From Terriglobia bacterium (GTDB taxonomy: Bacteria > Acidobacteriota > Terriglobia > JAJPHL01 > JAPKYU01): DNA of 64,000 nt. This document shows, piece after piece, positions 61,617 through 64,000 of this stretch; position 1 is the stretch's first letter, and every line of letters starts with the position of its first letter. The position numbers and the translations under genes were made by a program. The notes below the pieces were generated by a model. It was not told the DNA's origin and ran no database searches. It saw only the letters and a list, made by a program, of their open reading frames with translations. The stretch lies in NCBI GenBank assembly GCA_965206645.1, contig CBDBKE010000004.1, positions 960,001 through 1,024,000 on the forward strand, given 5' to 3'.

Positions 61617-62611
61617 TTAATCCCCCCTGCGCCCGCCTTCGCCGCCGCCGCGCCTCCGGTGGCCGCAACCGTTCCCGCCGTGGTCGCCATCCCCATGAGT
61701 CCGCTCCCGGCTGCTCCTGTGCTGGTAACGAGCATCGAAGCAAGCTCCCCGCACTTGAGGCTTGCCAGCATCCCGGCGACAAACAAGGGAACGACGGCGA
61801 TCATCCACAAGCCCACGTCTATGAAGCTCTGCATGTCCAGGTTGGCATTCCCCAAGCTCGTGATGTAGGAGATTCCGACAGCGGAGAACACGCGCAGCAC
61901 CGCTCCGGCGATCACGGCATAAAGCGAGTAGGTAATCATCGCCCGGAACCATCCCCAGAACAGAAACGACAGCGGCTCGAACACCAGAAACGGAATGAAG
62001 ATCGGCCCCAAGATGATGAGGATGGCAAGCGCGATTTGAGCCCAGATCACTTGAGCGTAGGTGACGGCGGCCAACAGAAGCAGCATAAGGACCACAAACA
62101 CAAACATTACAAACCCCGCAACCGCCGTTATCGCGGCATGGATACCGCCGGTGAGTAGGCCGAGCGTGTTCCCCGCTTGCGCCTGGGCCGCTTGGTTCGC
62201 CGCGAGGGAGCGAATGAGGTTCCCAAGCTCGGTCTGCATCGAATAGACGGCATCGCCGATCAGCAGTTCGTGAAGCCAATTTCCGCCCGCCGCGATCATT
62301 CCTGGGAAGGTGAAAGCCATTCCCGGAATGGTGGTGGTGTAGAACTGCAACATCACCCACGGTATCCATAGCCCGATGACGACCCGCACCAGCTCCCACG
62401 GCTGAATGTTTCCGCTAAAGGCGATCTTCACCCCGTTCAACACCACAACGATGAGCGCCAGACCCCCGAAGAGCGCGTTTCCGGTGGCGAAAACCTCCCC
62501 TCCCGCCGCCGCCGACAATCCATCCAGAGCGACATCGAGGAACGACTTGAAGTCCCTCAGTTGTTCCGGGGAAAGGTTGACCGGGATGTTGGGATCGAGT
62601 TGAATCTGCAT
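61613..62611 (-). CDS. VirB6/TrbL family membrane protein
   Basis: Polytopic; LGPIFIPF...LFWGW; Gly/Ala-rich tail. Confidence 0.85.
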   Translation of the reverse strand: MQIQLDPNIPVNLSPEQLRDFKSFLDVALDGLSAAAGGEVFATGNALFGGLALIVVVLNGVKIAFSGNIQPWELVRVVIGLWIPWVMLQFYTTTIPGMAFTFPGMIAAGGNWLHELLIGDAVYSMQTELGNLIRSLAANQAAQAQAGNTLGLLTGGIHAAITAVAGFVMFVFVVLMLLLLAAVTYAQVIWAQIALAILIILGPIFIPFLVFEPLSFLFWGWFRAMITYSLYAVIAGAVLRVFSAVGISYITSLGNANLDMQSFIDVGLWMIAVVPLFVAGMLASLKCGELASMLVTSTGAAGSGLMGMATTAGTVAATGGAAAAKAGAGGIK

Positions 62612-62623
62612 CGGCGAAATGGA

Positions 62624-63538
62624 TTACTGGCCGTTCCCGCCGTAGGCCGGGTGAATCCGAAAGAGCAACCCTTCGCGCATGGAATCGCGGCGGGCATCGA
62701 GCCCGGCCTGTTGCGCCGCGAAGGTGATCTCGGCGCGGCGCTGCGTCTCGATCCATCGAGCCAGCGCCTCGCGCCGGGCAATCTCGCGTTCGTAATCCTC
62801 TGCCGCCTCCTTCGCCGCCTGGAATGCCATTAACTGCGCCATAGCAGCGGTGAGGTTCCCTTGCGTCACTGTCCCGGCCACTTGCGATTGGGCCAGCGCG
62901 GTGTTGGAGGTATTGGTGTTGTTTCGTAGTCCTTCGTAGGATTCCACGGCGTCTCGCGCCGCAATCATGAGATTCGCCGCCGCGTCGCTCATTGCGTGAT
63001 CGAGCACCAGGCGCTTGTCGCCTTCCTCCCGCGCCGCGAGATAGCCGCTGGCCGCCTGCGCCGCGATCTCCGGGCGATAGTCCCCGTACAGATCCAGGAT
63101 GTCGCTCTCGGTCACCGTGTCGGCGGCGGTGAGCCGCCCGCGCCAGGATTGGGTAAAGCTCTTGCCGGTTTCGCCCATCTGTTCGACTGACGACGCAAGC
63201 TCCGCCGCCACCCCGGTAAAATCGCTTTTCCACGATAGGCCCACGCCGATAAACTGCGCCGGTGCGGATGCCAATTCAGTGAACGGATCGGTCAGCGCTC
63301 CCACGGCTCCAAGCGCTTGCTCTTTCAGGTGCGACGCCTGATCTATCATCTGGGTAAGTTGGCCGTCAAACGTGATCTTCGCCATGGTGTCTTTGTAGAT
63401 TTGGACGCCCTGATTGATGATCATTTGCGCCCGCTGAATGCCCGCCAGGATCGAGCCGAAGACGGCGTAGGCGGGCGTGGTGGTCAGCACGATAAAGAGT
63501 GGGATAACAACTACTGCGGTCAAGATTCGGTGTTTCAT
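62624..63538 (-). CDS. Secreted helical T4SS protein (VirB5/TrbJ-like)
   Basis: Signal peptide PAYA; Gln/Ala-rich helical sequence; directly upstream of VirB6. Confidence 0.6.
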   Translation of the reverse strand: MKHRILTAVVVIPLFIVLTTTPAYAVFGSILAGIQRAQMIINQGVQIYKDTMAKITFDGQLTQMIDQASHLKEQALGAVGALTDPFTELASAPAQFIGVGLSWKSDFTGVAAELASSVEQMGETGKSFTQSWRGRLTAADTVTESDILDLYGDYRPEIAAQAASGYLAAREEGDKRLVLDHAMSDAAANLMIAARDAVESYEGLRNNTNTSNTALAQSQVAGTVTQGNLTAAMAQLMAFQAAKEAAEDYEREIARREALARWIETQRRAEITFAAQQAGLDARRDSMREGLLFRIHPAYGGNGQ

Positions 63539-63541
63539 TTT

Positions 63542-64000
63542 TCAGTCTCCTTTTGTGGGCCGGGGCACCAGCACGTCGGAAGTGAACCAGACGCGAAGCC
63601 GATGCCCGGCGCGCATTGTGATGGTGGGTAAACGATTCAAGAAACGCTGCAAGATTTGGGTGGCGCTTTGTCCGAGTCCCTGCCCGGCACCGGCCCGGAA
63701 GCCCGCCACGCCGCCCTCGTAAGGGTTGCCGCCTTGCGCCGTGAGTCCGGCCAGGATGCCGACCGCCCCGACAGCGGCGAACATGGAAAAGTAGTGTCGG
63801 TTGACTTGATCTTTCAGGGCTCCCTCGCCGACTTGATTCAACCCATGAAAGTCGAGCGACACCCAACGCCCGTCGAGGTAGATCAAGCGGTGGAAACTCA
63901 CGGCGAGTCGGGCTTGGTCCTGATTGGATACGGCCTGAGCCGTGCCAATGACCCGCGCCCCTCGCGGCACCAAGATGCGCTGCCGGTCTGCCGAGTAAAA
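63542..64000 (-). CDS. VirB10/TrbI family protein, C-terminal part
   Basis: GARVIG, RLAVSFHRLI..DG, LKDQVNRHY, PTITMRAGHRLRVWFTSD. Confidence 0.88.
   Translation of the reverse strand, partial: FYSADRQRILVPRGARVIGTAQAVSNQDQARLAVSFHRLIYLDGRWVSLDFHGLNQVGEGALKDQVNRHYFSMFAAVGAVGILAGLTAQGGNPYEGGVAGFRAGAGQGLGQSATQILQRFLNRLPTITMRAGHRLRVWFTSDVLVPRPTKGD

Larger units (their letters stand above)
54912..64000 (-). mobile_element. Integrative conjugative element at tRNA-Ala 3' end (continues beyond window)
   Basis: int + xis next to tRNA; VirB11, VirD4, VirB8, VirB6, VirB10 homologues co-oriented. Confidence 0.88.

Overview
GC-rich bacterial chromosome segment, most likely Acidobacteriota (inferred from a Solibacter-type TIGR03437-like C-terminal domain protein, BshB1 and overall gene content). 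About 2.4-46.8 kb is mostly housekeeping: xseA, ndk, sucCD, trpD/G/E, aroD-aroE fusion, pgsA, hflX-hfq, guaB, ndh, sod, gntK-tal-pgl-kdsC, ppdK, glyQS, recO, bshB1, with several short palindromic or tandem-repeat families between genes. The left end carries an FHA/MBL pair next to fused remnants of a serine resolvase and a tyrosine integrase. A GxxExxY nuclease gene enclosed by 28-bp inverted repeats sits between ndk and xseA. From about 46.9 to 54.8 kb lies an accessory block with an IS1380 element and a decayed integrase. It is followed by tRNA-Ala(GGC) and an intact integrative conjugative element (int, xis, VirB11, VirD4, candidate oriT, uncharacterised candidate relaxase, VirB8, VirB6, VirB5-like, VirB10) that runs off the window. 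Several single-base frame breaks may be assembly errors. No CRISPR array or rRNA was seen. All family calls come from motif recognition, not database searches.
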